A DNA stretch of 64,000 nt from an uncultured Thiomicrospira sp. (lineage in GTDB: Bacteria; Pseudomonadota; Gammaproteobacteria; CAKMZV01). The DNA lies in the NCBI GenBank assembly GCA_965195345.1, contig OZ239628.1:1632001-1696000 (forward strand), read 5' to 3'. Below the pieces are notes generated by a model. It saw nothing but the letters and a program-made list of their open reading frames with translations, made no database searches and was not told the DNA's origin. Of this stretch, positions 37,802-47,636 are shown piece after piece. The position numbers and the translations under genes were made by a program. Position 1 is the stretch's first letter; each line of letters begins with the position of its first letter.

Positions 37802-39598
37802 ATGTCAAAAAATTTTGAAATTCCTTCAGATTTACCTGAAGACATTGAAGCTTCCATTCTTGAATCGCTAATTGAATTAGGGAAGGATCGGGGCGTTGTT
37901 AGTTTATTGGATATTGAAGATCAATTTGAAGAGCTCCCTATTGATCCTGATTCATTAGAATATCTCATCGTTACGCTTGAAGATAATAATATTATAGTCA
38001 CTGAAGAATCCATTCTTGAAGAAGATGTGTTCGGCGAAGGAAAACCGCGCGAAGAAAAAAGGAATGCTGATGAGGAAAGTGACCCTCGAACTCAAGAATC
38101 TGAGTTAGCATCTATTGCTAATGAACTTGGACGGACTACCGATCCAACACGTATGTATATGCGTGAAATGGGAATAAACAATCTTCTTACACGCACAGAA
38201 GAAGTGACCATAGCCCGAAATCTTGAGTCCAGCAAAAAATCATTCCACGAAAAACTGTACCAGTATCCAAGGATACGGCACTTGTTTTTGCAAGAGTATG
38301 AAAACATTAAATTGCAAGAACATAAAGTTGGTGATTTGATCAGTGGTTTAGCTTGGCCCGATGATAGTGATATGTCTGTTAAAGATTATCTTGAACAACT
38401 AAGCAAGGAAGAGGATGATAGATTTGAAATAATTTCTTACAAATCGAATGAGCTTCATGATTTTGTTGACCGCCTTACAAAGACCAAAAATAGTAAAGAG
38501 CATGGAGACATTTTCAGAGAAGTTCGACTTTCCAATGTATTCATTCGTAAAGTAGTTACTGACATGGCCGAATTTATCAATAAAATTCGTGAAAAAGAAA
38601 CTCAAATTCGTGAAACTTTGATTGGTAAATTGTGTTTTGATCGCAAAGAAGTAATCACTGCTTATAATACAGCTGAAGATTACGTTACTTGGTTTGACGG
38701 TCTGCTCAAAAACCTTACGTTAAAAACACCAAACGATAGCTACTATATACAATACATTCGACACGCTCATTTAGACATTCTTAAAATTGCTGAAAAAACC
38801 AATCTCTCTGCTTTCACTTTGAAAAACTTACATCAAGAGCTGAAAGTACATGACCAAGAAACTCAAAAGTTTAAAGATCAAATGACAGGGGCAAACCTTC
38901 GTCTAGTTATATCTATAGCAAAGAAGTACAGTAATCGTGGCTTACAATTTCTTGATGTGATTCAAGAAGGTAATATTGGCTTGATGAAAGCCGTTGATAA
39001 GTTTGAATTTAGACGTGGTTATAAGTTTTCAACATATGCAACCTGGTGGATACGACAAGCAATAACACGTTCCATTGCTGATCAGGCTCGAACCGTCCGC
39101 GTCCCTGTGCATATGATTGAAACCATCAATAAAATGAAAAAAATGCAGACAAAACTGCTGCAAGAGCATGGTCGTTCTCCAAACGTAGAAGAGCTCGCCG
39201 AGGCAATGGAAATGCCTCCTGCAAAAATACAGCAAATCTTTAGGATTTCACTTGAGCCAAGCTCTATTGATGCGCCCATCGGAGATGATGAAGACTCTTC
39301 TCTCGGTGACTTTATTGCTGATGATAACTTAGCGTCACCTCAGGCAGCAGCAGAACAACAAGGATTGGATGAAATGATTGAGTCATTGCTTGGTGAGCTC
39401 AGCAAACGTGAAATTGATGTTGTTAAAATGCGCTTTGGCATTGGAACTCCAACGGAATATACTCTTGAAGAAGTCGGGCGTCAATATAGCGTAACTCGAG
39501 AAAGGATTCGCCAGATTGAAGCAAAGGCATTAAAGAAGTTACGACACCCAATGCGGATTGATCGCTTACGTAGTTTTTTACGTGATAAATCCGACTAA
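37802..39598 (+). CDS. rpoD: RNA polymerase primary sigma factor
   Basis: [51 protein letters not shown] and TLEEVG...TRERIRQIE motifs; divergent region 1.1 present. Confidence 0.97.
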   Translation: MSKNFEIPSDLPEDIEASILESLIELGKDRGVVSLLDIEDQFEELPIDPDSLEYLIVTLEDNNIIVTEESILEEDVFGEGKPREEKRNADEESDPRTQESELASIANELGRTTDPTRMYMREMGINNLLTRTEEVTIARNLESSKKSFHEKLYQYPRIRHLFLQEYENIKLQEHKVGDLISGLAWPDDSDMSVKDYLEQLSKEEDDRFEIISYKSNELHDFVDRLTKTKNSKEHGDIFREVRLSNVFIRKVVTDMAEFINKIREKETQIRETLIGKLCFDRKEVITAYNTAEDYVTWFDGLLKNLTLKTPNDSYYIQYIRHAHLDILKIAEKTNLSAFTLKNLHQELKVHDQETQKFKDQMTGANLRLVISIAKKYSNRGLQFLDVIQEGNIGLMKAVDKFEFRRGYKFSTYATWWIRQAITRSIADQARTVRVPVHMIETINKMKKMQTKLLQEHGRSPNVEELAEAMEMPPAKIQQIFRISLEPSSIDAPIGDDEDSSLGDFIADDNLASPQAAAEQQGLDEMIESLLGELSKREIDVVKMRFGIGTPTEYTLEEVGRQYSVTRERIRQIEAKALKKLRHPMRIDRLRSFLRDKSD

Positions 39599-39659
39599 AA
39601 AATTCATCATCCGAAAATAAAATAACGCGGCTCTGTGTGCGTAATCTGTTGTTGCAGCT

Positions 39660-39995
39660 CTAGGCGTTTCGCAAACTAAAACTTTCTCCACAGCCACAAC
39701 TGTCTATGACATTCGGATTTTGAAAATCAAACCCTTGATTTAATAAATTGTCTTTTGTAAATCCTATTTCCATTCCATCTAAATGAGGTAGGCTTTTTTG
39801 ATTAACAACAACCGATGCTCCATGACTAACGAACACTTGGTCATTTTCATCGATTTGATCAGCATAATCAACAACGTACGCAAACCCTGTGCATCCACTA
39901 ACTCTTATGCCCAAACGTAAACCTACACCATACCCTCTTTGCTCTAATTTTTTCAGAACATGTTCAGCAGCATCTATTGATAAAGTTACAGACAT
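39660..39995 (-). CDS. iscA: A-type Fe-S carrier (IscA/SufA family)
   Basis: SGCTGFAY and CGCGESF motifs. Confidence 0.85.
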   Translation of the reverse strand: MSVTLSIDAAEHVLKKLEQRGYGVGLRLGIRVSGCTGFAYVVDYADQIDENDQVFVSHGASVVVNQKSLPHLDGMEIGFTKDNLLNQGFDFQNPNVIDSCGCGESFSLRNA

Positions 39996-40335
39996 TTGAA
40001 TTATTTCCTAATTGCGTTATTAATACTATAAAATCAATTTATTTTACGTGTTGTAAATTATACGTTACACTTTGTGAAAACAGACAATTTTTGTGATTTT
40101 TTGTAAAAAAACCATGCAACAAAACTCCGTCATTGACCAATTTTTACACCACTTCTCCTCTTTGATTAATATAGATGCAACCTTACTCAATGCATCCTTG
40201 TGCATATAATTTCACACACTACTTTAGCCGTTTTTTCTAGAATGGGAGGGTACACAGAGATTGTATGAAATGCTAAAAATCCAACAACATAACCATCAAT
40301 TATCAGCAAATTGAAGCTATATGGAACAAGTTTAG

Positions 40336-40411
40336 TGGTGCCCAGGGGCGGAATCGAACCACCGACACGAGGATTTTCAGTCCACTGCTCTACCGACTGA
40401 GCTACCTGGGC
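40336..40411 (-). tRNA. tRNA-Phe (GAA)
   Basis: Reverse complement GCCCAGGTAGCTCAGTCGGTAGAGCAGTGGACTGAAAATCCTCGTGTCGGTGGTTCGATTCCGCCCCTGGGCACCA (76 nt). TACAAT upstream at 40431-40426. Confidence 0.96.
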
Positions 40412-40555
40412 GAAAGCGCGAGCGTATTGTACCTTTTTATTAAACATGCTGTTGCATAAACAACCGACTAATCAACTGACTTAAAAAAATATCTATACTA
40501 TTGACATTGTGCAACTCTCATCGAACTTATTTGTCAAATTTCTTTATCGAACTAT

Positions 40556-41647
40556 TTACCGAATCTTCAAACTTGCCAATCCAACAAGAACAAGTAACAA
40601 GGTAATAATCCAAAATCGAACGATTATTTTTGGTTCTGCCCACCCAAGCAATTCAAAATGATGGTGCAATGGTGCCATACGGAATATGCGCTTTCCACGT
40701 AATTTATACGACCCAACTTGGAGTATAACAGAGAGCGTTTCAGCAACAAAAATACCACTCATAACCAAGAACACCAATTCCTGACGAACAAGGATGGCTA
40801 TTATTCCTAGCGCACCACCTAAGGAAAGAGAACCGACATCACCCATAAACACTTGTGCAGGATAGGAGTTAAACCAAAGAAACCCTAGTCCTGCTCCAAT
40901 AATAGAGCAACATAAAATAGCTATTTCAGAATTTCCTTCTATGTAGGGAATAGAGAGATATTCTGAAAAATAAAAATGCCCGCTTACATAGGCAAACACA
41001 CACAATGCACCGGTGATAAGCACCGTTGGCAATATCGCCAACCCATCCAAACCATCAGTCAAATTAACTGCATTGGCAGATCCAACCAACACAAAATAAG
41101 ACAAAATAACGAATCCAAATCCAATAGGAAGTACGGTATCTTTGGTGTAAGGAATGAGTAGTTCCCACGAGGAATCGCTGCTCATGAAAAGATACATTGC
41201 TGTCATGAGTGCCAATACTGACAACATCAAATACTTTGCGCGAGCGCTTAGTCCTTTGCTTGAGTTTGAGATGGTTTTTTTCCAATCATCAACAAAACCA
41301 ACCGTCGCAAACCCACAAATTACGAATAAACATACCCATACATTTTCGTTGCTCAAGTCACACCAAAGCAGTACTGATATAACAATGGAAATTATTATAA
41401 GAAGCCCACCCATCGTAGGCGTTCCACTTTTTATTTGATGCGAACTTGGTCCATCTTCGCGAATATGCTGTCTAAAGTTTAATCCTTGTAAAAACACTAT
41501 CATTTTCGCGCCAAAAATCCACGAAACACTCAAGGCGGTTAATGCGGCAAGAATGGCTCGAAGCGTAACATAGCGAAATACTAATAAATCACTCTCGTAT
41601 TGGCTAAAAGCTTCGATTAGATAATAGATCATACTATTTTTTCTCAA
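40556..41647 (-). CDS. mraY: Phospho-N-acetylmuramoyl-pentapeptide transferase
   Basis: KSGTPTMGG, GFVDD, NAVNLTDGLDGLA, FMGDVGS and MAPLHHHFEL motifs. Start may be the ATG at 41632. Confidence 0.97.
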   Translation of the reverse strand: MRKNSMIYYLIEAFSQYESDLLVFRYVTLRAILAALTALSVSWIFGAKMIVFLQGLNFRQHIREDGPSSHQIKSGTPTMGGLLIIISIVISVLLWCDLSNENVWVCLFVICGFATVGFVDDWKKTISNSSKGLSARAKYLMLSVLALMTAMYLFMSSDSSWELLIPYTKDTVLPIGFGFVILSYFVLVGSANAVNLTDGLDGLAILPTVLITGALCVFAYVSGHFYFSEYLSIPYIEGNSEIAILCCSIIGAGLGFLWFNSYPAQVFMGDVGSLSLGGALGIIAILVRQELVFLVMSGIFVAETLSVILQVGSYKLRGKRIFRMAPLHHHFELLGWAEPKIIVRFWIITLLLVLVGLASLKIR

Positions 41648-41836
41648 TTTGAGGTTTGAATCAATTTTACTTTAACTTTAATCAAAATATACTTGATATT
41701 TCTATATTATTCTTATTTATTTTTACAAAATCCATTTAATAAATTGCATCGACACATTGCGCATCATCTTAAGTTACTAAAGTATTGATTTACATCATCG
41801 TCAGCCCTTATGCATCAAAATTTAAAAATTGTTCCA

Positions 41837-41853
41837 TGTTACAATTCACGCCC
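41837..41853 (+). promoter_or_regulatory. Extended -10 promoter upstream of the DAHP synthase gene
   Basis: TG-T-TACAAT (41837-41845) followed by TCACGCCC. Confidence 0.5.
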
Positions 41854-41881
41854 TAAAAAATCTTTAAATTCCTCTACAAAA

Positions 41882-42946
41882 ATGAATAAATATCAAACCG
41901 ATGATGTGAGAATCTCGAACCAGATAGAAGTGGTCGCTCCTAAAGAGTTGATAAACGAGTATCCGATAACAGAAGGGGCAGCAAAAACAACAGGAGAAGC
42001 GCGCGACGCTATCCGAAACATTTTATTGGGTAATGATGATCGGCTACTAGTCGTAGTTGGACCATGCTCAGTGCACGATGTTGATGCAACGTTTGAATAC
42101 GCAAAGCGTTTGAAGACTCTGCATGAGGAATTAATTGATGATTTATTTATTGTCATGCGTATCTATTTTGAAAAACCACGCACGACTGTAGGCTGGAAAG
42201 GTTTGATTAATGACCCTGATTTAGACGAGTCATTCAATATAAATAAAGGATTGCGCCTTGCTCGCTCATTGTTACTCAACATTGCAGAATCTGGATTGCC
42301 TACAGCTACTGAGTATCTTGATTTAATTTCTCCACAGTATATCGCAGATTTGGTCGGTTGGGGCGCTATTGGTGCACGTACGACAGAGAGCCAAGGGCAT
42401 AGAGAGCTCTCATCAGGACTATCCTGCCCTGTTGGTTTTAAAAACGGGACTTCAGGAGAATTAAAAATTGCTATTGACGCACTTGAGTCTGCTTCGAGAC
42501 CGCATTGTTTCTTATCCATTTCCAAACAAGGGCATACCGCCATATTTCAAACAAAAGGTAATAAAGATTGTCACATTATTCTTCGTGGGGGGGATGATGG
42601 ACCCAACTATTCACCCGAGCACATTCACGAAAGCTGTGAAATGCTTGCAAAAAGAGGATTGTCAAAAAAACTAATGGTTGATTGTTCTCATGCGAACAGT
42701 TACAAAGATTACAATCGCCAAATAGAAGTAGCTGATAGTATTGCCCAGCAAATAGCAAACGGTGAGCACGCCATTATGGGCACAATGATTGAAAGCAATC
42801 TTGAAGAAGGTAATCAAAAAGTAATCGCAGGAACTCCTCTGAAATATGGAGTAAGCATTACAGATTCATGCATTGATTGGGATTCGACTAGAAAAATACT
42901 AAAAGACACCCTTGCGCCCGCTGTCAGAAAACGCAGACAACTTTAA
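41882..42946 (+). CDS. Class I DAHP synthase (AroF/G/H type; isoenzyme not resolved)
   Basis: VGPCSVHD, RIYFEKPRT, IGARTTESQ, DCSHANS and SITDSC motifs. The ATG at 41882 is preferred over 41810. Confidence 0.93.
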   Translation: MNKYQTDDVRISNQIEVVAPKELINEYPITEGAAKTTGEARDAIRNILLGNDDRLLVVVGPCSVHDVDATFEYAKRLKTLHEELIDDLFIVMRIYFEKPRTTVGWKGLINDPDLDESFNINKGLRLARSLLLNIAESGLPTATEYLDLISPQYIADLVGWGAIGARTTESQGHRELSSGLSCPVGFKNGTSGELKIAIDALESASRPHCFLSISKQGHTAIFQTKGNKDCHIILRGGDDGPNYSPEHIHESCEMLAKRGLSKKLMVDCSHANSYKDYNRQIEVADSIAQQIANGEHAIMGTMIESNLEEGNQKVIAGTPLKYGVSITDSCIDWDSTRKILKDTLAPAVRKRRQL

Positions 42947-42961
42947 TCACTACACAGCGCC

Positions 42962-44791
42962 ATGCTTAAAATAGCAGAAATAGCAGCAGAAAGGCATCCT
43001 CGCTTAGCGCGAATTCCTTTTATTGGCAAATGGCTATTCAATTTTCTTAGAAGGGTATTTCACGAAGAAACCATCAACGAATTTATTCGCATGAACCGCC
43101 AATGGCGTGGCATGGAATTTAATAATAAAGTACTCGAACAATTTAATTATTCATATTATGTCAATAATAATGAACGTCAAAACATCCCAGAAACTGGCCG
43201 CGTTTTAATTGTTGCCAATCATCCAATAGGTACGCTGGATGGTTTATCCTTGCTAAAATTGGTTAGCGAAGTGCGCCCTGATGTTAAAGTAGTCGTCAAT
43301 CAATTTTTGTACGACTTCTTTGAACCGTTGCACGAGTTGTTCATTCCTCTTGATAATATGAGTAGCAGTGCGAATCAACGAGCACCAATACGTACGATCA
43401 TTAAAGCACTCAACAATGAGGAAGCAATTATTATGTTTCCTGCCGGTGAAGTTTCTCGTATCAAACCTAATGGCATAAAAGACGGCATATGGAAAGCTGG
43501 ATTTTGGTTTTTCATCGAAAAAACAAAGTGTCCTGTACTGCCAATACACATTGCTGGGCGTAATTCTCCCATGTTCTACTCTTTATCGAGTATTTATAAG
43601 ACCCTTGGCACATATATGTTAATCAACGAAATGATGAAGCAAGACAATAAATCATTGCGTTTTCGAATTGGTCAGATTATTCCATACAACGCTTTTCAAG
43701 AGCACACTCAACTTGATCGGGTACAACTATCGGCACGCCTACGTCGCCATCTATACTTATTACCAAAGAAAAGAGAGCATACTCGTTCACTATTTAGAAC
43801 CGAAAGGACCATTTCACATTCCACGGACTTAGGTGCTATTATTTCCGAGTTACGCAGCCATCAATTACTAAGTAAAACAAAAGAAGGCAGTGAAATTTAT
43901 CTCATTGACTATTCCAGCAACTCATCCATAATTCATGAAATTGGCAGATTGCGCGAGTTGGCTTTTCGCCAAGTTGGAGAAGGGTCTGGTAAAGATTTAG
44001 ACCTTGATGAATACGACCACTATTACAAACACTTAATATTGTGGAATCCTCAAGACCTAGTAATTGCTGGTGCATATCGAATTGGTGATGGAGCAAGCAT
44101 CGTTAAAAAGTATGGCATGAAAGGGCTCTATTCCGCCTCTTTGCTTGATTATTCGGACGAGGCGATGGAAATGATCATGAACGGTGCGGAGTTGGGCCGT
44201 AGTTTTGTTCATCCACGCTACTGGCATAGCCGTAGCTTTGGTATGCTTTGGCAAGGGTTGGGGGCATATTTATATCATCATCAAAATATTCGTTATTACT
44301 TTGGTCCCGTTAGCATCTCAAATTCATATCCAGAAAAAGCACGAAGCCTAATCGTCGCCTATTACCAAAGGTACTACTCTTCTGAAAAGAATCTAGCCGT
44401 TTCAAAAAACCCTTATGTACTCATCCCTGAAGCACAAGAAATAATTAATGAATTTGATCCAGATCCACTAATCGCTTTTCGTATGCTTAAGTCTTATCTA
44501 AGAGATAAATTGAAAGTGAACATCCCAACCTTGTATAAGCAATATACCGATTTCACTGAAGGTGGGTCCAAGTTTTTTTCATTTGGCATCGACCAAAAAT
44601 TTGGTGATTGTATGGATGGTAATATTGTGGTTGATTTAGATAAAACCGGTGACCGCAACGTACAACGTATTATTACGTCTCATGGTGTCCCTGATAAGGA
44701 TGGTGCTATTCACTGGCGTGGTCGCACGTACTATGCCAATGACGAAGATTACAATGACTTGAGTAATGATGTAGAGAAAGACGATGACTGA
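42962..44791 (+). CDS. Fused PlsC-type acyltransferase + GNAT (OlsB-like) protein, OlsF-like
   Basis: N-terminal NHPIGTLD (HX4D) and FPAGEVS motifs. C-terminal EIGRLRELAFRQVGEG...DLDEYD, GAYRI and ELGRSFV motifs. Confidence 0.8.
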   Translation: MLKIAEIAAERHPRLARIPFIGKWLFNFLRRVFHEETINEFIRMNRQWRGMEFNNKVLEQFNYSYYVNNNERQNIPETGRVLIVANHPIGTLDGLSLLKLVSEVRPDVKVVVNQFLYDFFEPLHELFIPLDNMSSSANQRAPIRTIIKALNNEEAIIMFPAGEVSRIKPNGIKDGIWKAGFWFFIEKTKCPVLPIHIAGRNSPMFYSLSSIYKTLGTYMLINEMMKQDNKSLRFRIGQIIPYNAFQEHTQLDRVQLSARLRRHLYLLPKKREHTRSLFRTERTISHSTDLGAIISELRSHQLLSKTKEGSEIYLIDYSSNSSIIHEIGRLRELAFRQVGEGSGKDLDLDEYDHYYKHLILWNPQDLVIAGAYRIGDGASIVKKYGMKGLYSASLLDYSDEAMEMIMNGAELGRSFVHPRYWHSRSFGMLWQGLGAYLYHHQNIRYYFGPVSISNSYPEKARSLIVAYYQRYYSSEKNLAVSKNPYVLIPEAQEIINEFDPDPLIAFRMLKSYLRDKLKVNIPTLYKQYTDFTEGGSKFFSFGIDQKFGDCMDGNIVVDLDKTGDRNVQRIITSHGVPDKDGAIHWRGRTYYANDEDYNDLSNDVEKDDD

Positions 44792-45419
44792 AAATAGTTC
44801 ATCTTTGATAAATGACGCGCAAGTTTTAGAATATTTGAGTAGTCATTCAACATTCTTTATTGATCACGAGGAATTGCTCGATACACTCCATTTGCCACAC
44901 CTTCGCAATGCTGGACCAGCATCATTCATTCAGCATCAATTACAACGTGCTCGCAAAAAAAATAACACGTTATCTAAGCAGTTGCACAATTTCGATGAAT
45001 TGATAACAGCTAACGCACATCTACTGAATCAACTGCATCTTTTAACACTGAAACTATTACGTACGAGCAAAAGCGATATTGAAAGTTCGTTGCCACGTTT
45101 ATCGTGTGAATGTTTTTCCGTTGAAACCGCATTATTGTGGAAAAGAGGATCAAATTCATTGGATTGGCAGCAAGAACCGTTGAGTTTGTTTGACAAATCA
45201 TCACCAAGCGCTAATGAAATAGATGCTGAACAAAGTAAATTATTGCTTGGGGAAAGCTCGTATCTTTCTATATGTATCGTACCACTTGGCGAAGAAGGAA
45301 ATTGGGGAGGAATGTTTTTTGCCAGTTCTGAAAGCACTCGTTTTCCTGGTGATAAAGATACGATGTTATTGAAGCAATACGGTCAAATAGTTGAAGCCGC
45401 TTTAAAAATAGAAAACTAG
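44784..45419 (+). CDS. DUF484 (YigA-like) protein
   Basis: V.EYL..H..FF..H.ELL..L.LPH, a coiled coil, and a GAF-like end (S....RF......T.LL). Confidence 0.82.
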   Translation: MTENSSSLINDAQVLEYLSSHSTFFIDHEELLDTLHLPHLRNAGPASFIQHQLQRARKKNNTLSKQLHNFDELITANAHLLNQLHLLTLKLLRTSKSDIESSLPRLSCECFSVETALLWKRGSNSLDWQQEPLSLFDKSSPSANEIDAEQSKLLLGESSYLSICIVPLGEEGNWGGMFFASSESTRFPGDKDTMLLKQYGQIVEAALKIEN

Positions 45420-45431
45420 AGGAATTCATCA

Positions 45432-45974
45432 ATGTCAATACAAATGCATGCAACAACTATTCTTGCGGTAAAAAAAGACAATCAAGTTGCTATTGGCGGT
45501 GATGGTCAAGTTACCCTAGGCAATATGGTTATCAAAGGCAGTGCCAATAAAATCCGTCGCCTCTATAAGGATAAAATCATTGCAGGGTTCGCAGGATCAA
45601 CAGCGGATGCCTTTACATTGGTGGAGAAATTTGAGTCAAAATTACAAGAGCACCACGGCAACTTAAAATTAGCTTCTGTCCGCCTTGCTACTGATTGGCG
45701 TAACGACAAAATTCTGCGCAAACTCGAGGCCATGCTTCTGGTCGCTGACAATACCCAAATATTCACTATTACTGGCAATGGCGACGTGCTAGAACCTGAA
45801 CATGATGTCATGGCGATTGGATCGGGTGGAGGATTCGCGACAGCATCAGCACGCGCGCTTATGGAAAATTCCAGTTTAACTGCTGAAGAAATAGTGCATA
45901 AATCACTCACAATAGCTGGTGATATCTGCATTTACACCAACGCTAATATAAATATTGAGACGCTCACAAGCTAA
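45432..45974 (+). CDS. hslV: ATP-dependent protease subunit HslV
   Basis: [30 protein letters not shown] and DICIYTN motifs. Confidence 0.96.
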   Translation: MSIQMHATTILAVKKDNQVAIGGDGQVTLGNMVIKGSANKIRRLYKDKIIAGFAGSTADAFTLVEKFESKLQEHHGNLKLASVRLATDWRNDKILRKLEAMLLVADNTQIFTITGNGDVLEPEHDVMAIGSGGGFATASARALMENSSLTAEEIVHKSLTIAGDICIYTNANINIETLTS

Positions 45975-46604
45975 ATGGACAGTCTACAAAAGAAATTTAT
46001 TGAGCTTTCTATTAAAAAAAATGCATTGAAATTCGGCGAATTCCAATTGAAATCTGGACGCATTAGCCCTTATTTTTTTAATGCAGGGGTTTTCGATGAT
46101 GGCGAATGCATGGATATAATCGGATCATGTTATATTCAGGCGATTGAAACCATCCATCAACCGATTGATTGCATTTTTGGACCTGCTTATAAAGGCATTC
46201 CTTTGGCAGCTGTTTGTGCAAGAGCTATGTACGCCCGCAAAAAAAACGTCACTTTTGCATACAACCGTAAAGAAGTTAAAGATCACGGCGAAGGCGGTAA
46301 TATCGTTGGTAATTTACACGGAAATGTCATCATTATCGACGATGTGATTACTGCAGGAACTGCTATTAAGGAAGCATTACAAATCATCGAAAAATTTAGG
46401 GCAAATACTGTCGGCATTATTACCGCTCTTGACCGAATGGAAAAGGGACAAGGTACGCTTTCTGCAGTTGAAGAATTAGAGCAGTCATGTGGTGTTAAGG
46501 TGAATAGCATTATTAACATGCAACACATCATAAAATATTTAGAAAGCGAAAATCACCCTTCTCTTCCCTCCATGCTTATGTACCGTGACCAATACGGTAT
46601 TTAA
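45975..46604 (+). CDS. pyrE: Orotate phosphoribosyltransferase
   Basis: LKSGRISPYFFN, FGPAYKGIP, NRKEVKDHGEGG and IIDDVITAGT motifs. Confidence 0.97.
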   Translation: MDSLQKKFIELSIKKNALKFGEFQLKSGRISPYFFNAGVFDDGECMDIIGSCYIQAIETIHQPIDCIFGPAYKGIPLAAVCARAMYARKKNVTFAYNRKEVKDHGEGGNIVGNLHGNVIIIDDVITAGTAIKEALQIIEKFRANTVGIITALDRMEKGQGTLSAVEELEQSCGVKVNSIINMQHIIKYLESENHPSLPSMLMYRDQYGI

Positions 46605-46634
46605 TATCAGAGATAAAAACCACACAAACATTCA

Positions 46635-47636
46635 ATGGATTCGCTAACTCAACTTGCTCTCGGATCAGTAACGGCTCATGCTGTTGCTGGCAAAAGTGCT
46701 GGACGCAAAGCGCTATTATGGGGAGCAGTAATAGGCACTCTTCCTGATCTGGATGTATTGATGCGTTACTTTTATAATGATATAGATATGCTGATGATAC
46801 ATCGTGGTTATAGCCATGCTTGGTTTGTTCATTTATGTATTGCGCCTTTGATTGCTTTGTTGCCATGGAGTATTCATCGTTCAAAGGGAAAAAATAAGGA
46901 TTCCACCCCTTATTGGCGTTGGTTGCTATTGGCTTTAGTCGCACTAACCACCCATTCTTTGATTGATCTATTTACTGTTTATGGTACACAAGTCTTTTTG
47001 CCATTTAGCGACACGCCCTACTCTATGGACATTATGTTCATTGTTGACCCGCTGTTCACTCTCCCACTATTGATTGCATTAGTGCTAACATTGATTAAAC
47101 CAAAATGGGTTCATCTTTCACACAGCATGTTAGCGGTATGTGCCATTTATTCCATGTCGTCTTTCGTTGCTCATCAAACCATTCAAAAAATAACGTTAGA
47201 ATCATTAAATAATCAAAACTTACCTACTAAAAAACTATTGATTTCGCCTGCTCCTTTTACTACTTTTTTATGGCGTATCATTGTGCTTGATGGACCGTAC
47301 TGGTATGAAGGCGAATACTCTATTTTCAAAAATCCCAACCATATTCAATTTAAAAGGCATAATAGAAATCTCTTTTTAGTCAATCATTTGAAGGATAGAA
47401 ATACTATCTCTCGTCTAAGGTGGTTTAATCGAGGTTTTTTTGAGTTCTCAGAAAAAATGGATCAAATACTTCTTTCAGATCTTCGTTTTGGAGAAAGTAA
47501 TAATTTAGTCTTCAATTGGGCGCTGGCTGAACAAAATAATCAAGGCGTGTGGCAAGAACCTCAACCGATTAAACGCCAAAGAGAAGACGTCGATATGAGT
47601 GGCTACTTTAACACTTTAATGGAGCGTATATTTTAA
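46635..47636 (+). CDS. Membrane metal-dependent hydrolase (YdjM/DUF457 family)
   Basis: MDSLTQ, PDLD, HRGYSH, H..ID....YG and IVDP motifs. Confidence 0.85.
   Translation: MDSLTQLALGSVTAHAVAGKSAGRKALLWGAVIGTLPDLDVLMRYFYNDIDMLMIHRGYSHAWFVHLCIAPLIALLPWSIHRSKGKNKDSTPYWRWLLLALVALTTHSLIDLFTVYGTQVFLPFSDTPYSMDIMFIVDPLFTLPLLIALVLTLIKPKWVHLSHSMLAVCAIYSMSSFVAHQTIQKITLESLNNQNLPTKKLLISPAPFTTFLWRIIVLDGPYWYEGEYSIFKNPNHIQFKRHNRNLFLVNHLKDRNTISRLRWFNRGFFEFSEKMDQILLSDLRFGESNNLVFNWALAEQNNQGVWQEPQPIKRQREDVDMSGYFNTLMERIF

Noticed and set aside
37703-40411. tRNA-anchored genomic island
   Set aside because: No integrase and no duplicated tRNA 3' end seen; the enclosed genes are rpoD and iscA.
40187-40447. 86-aa minus-strand ORF
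   Set aside because: It is a translation through the tRNA-Phe gene.
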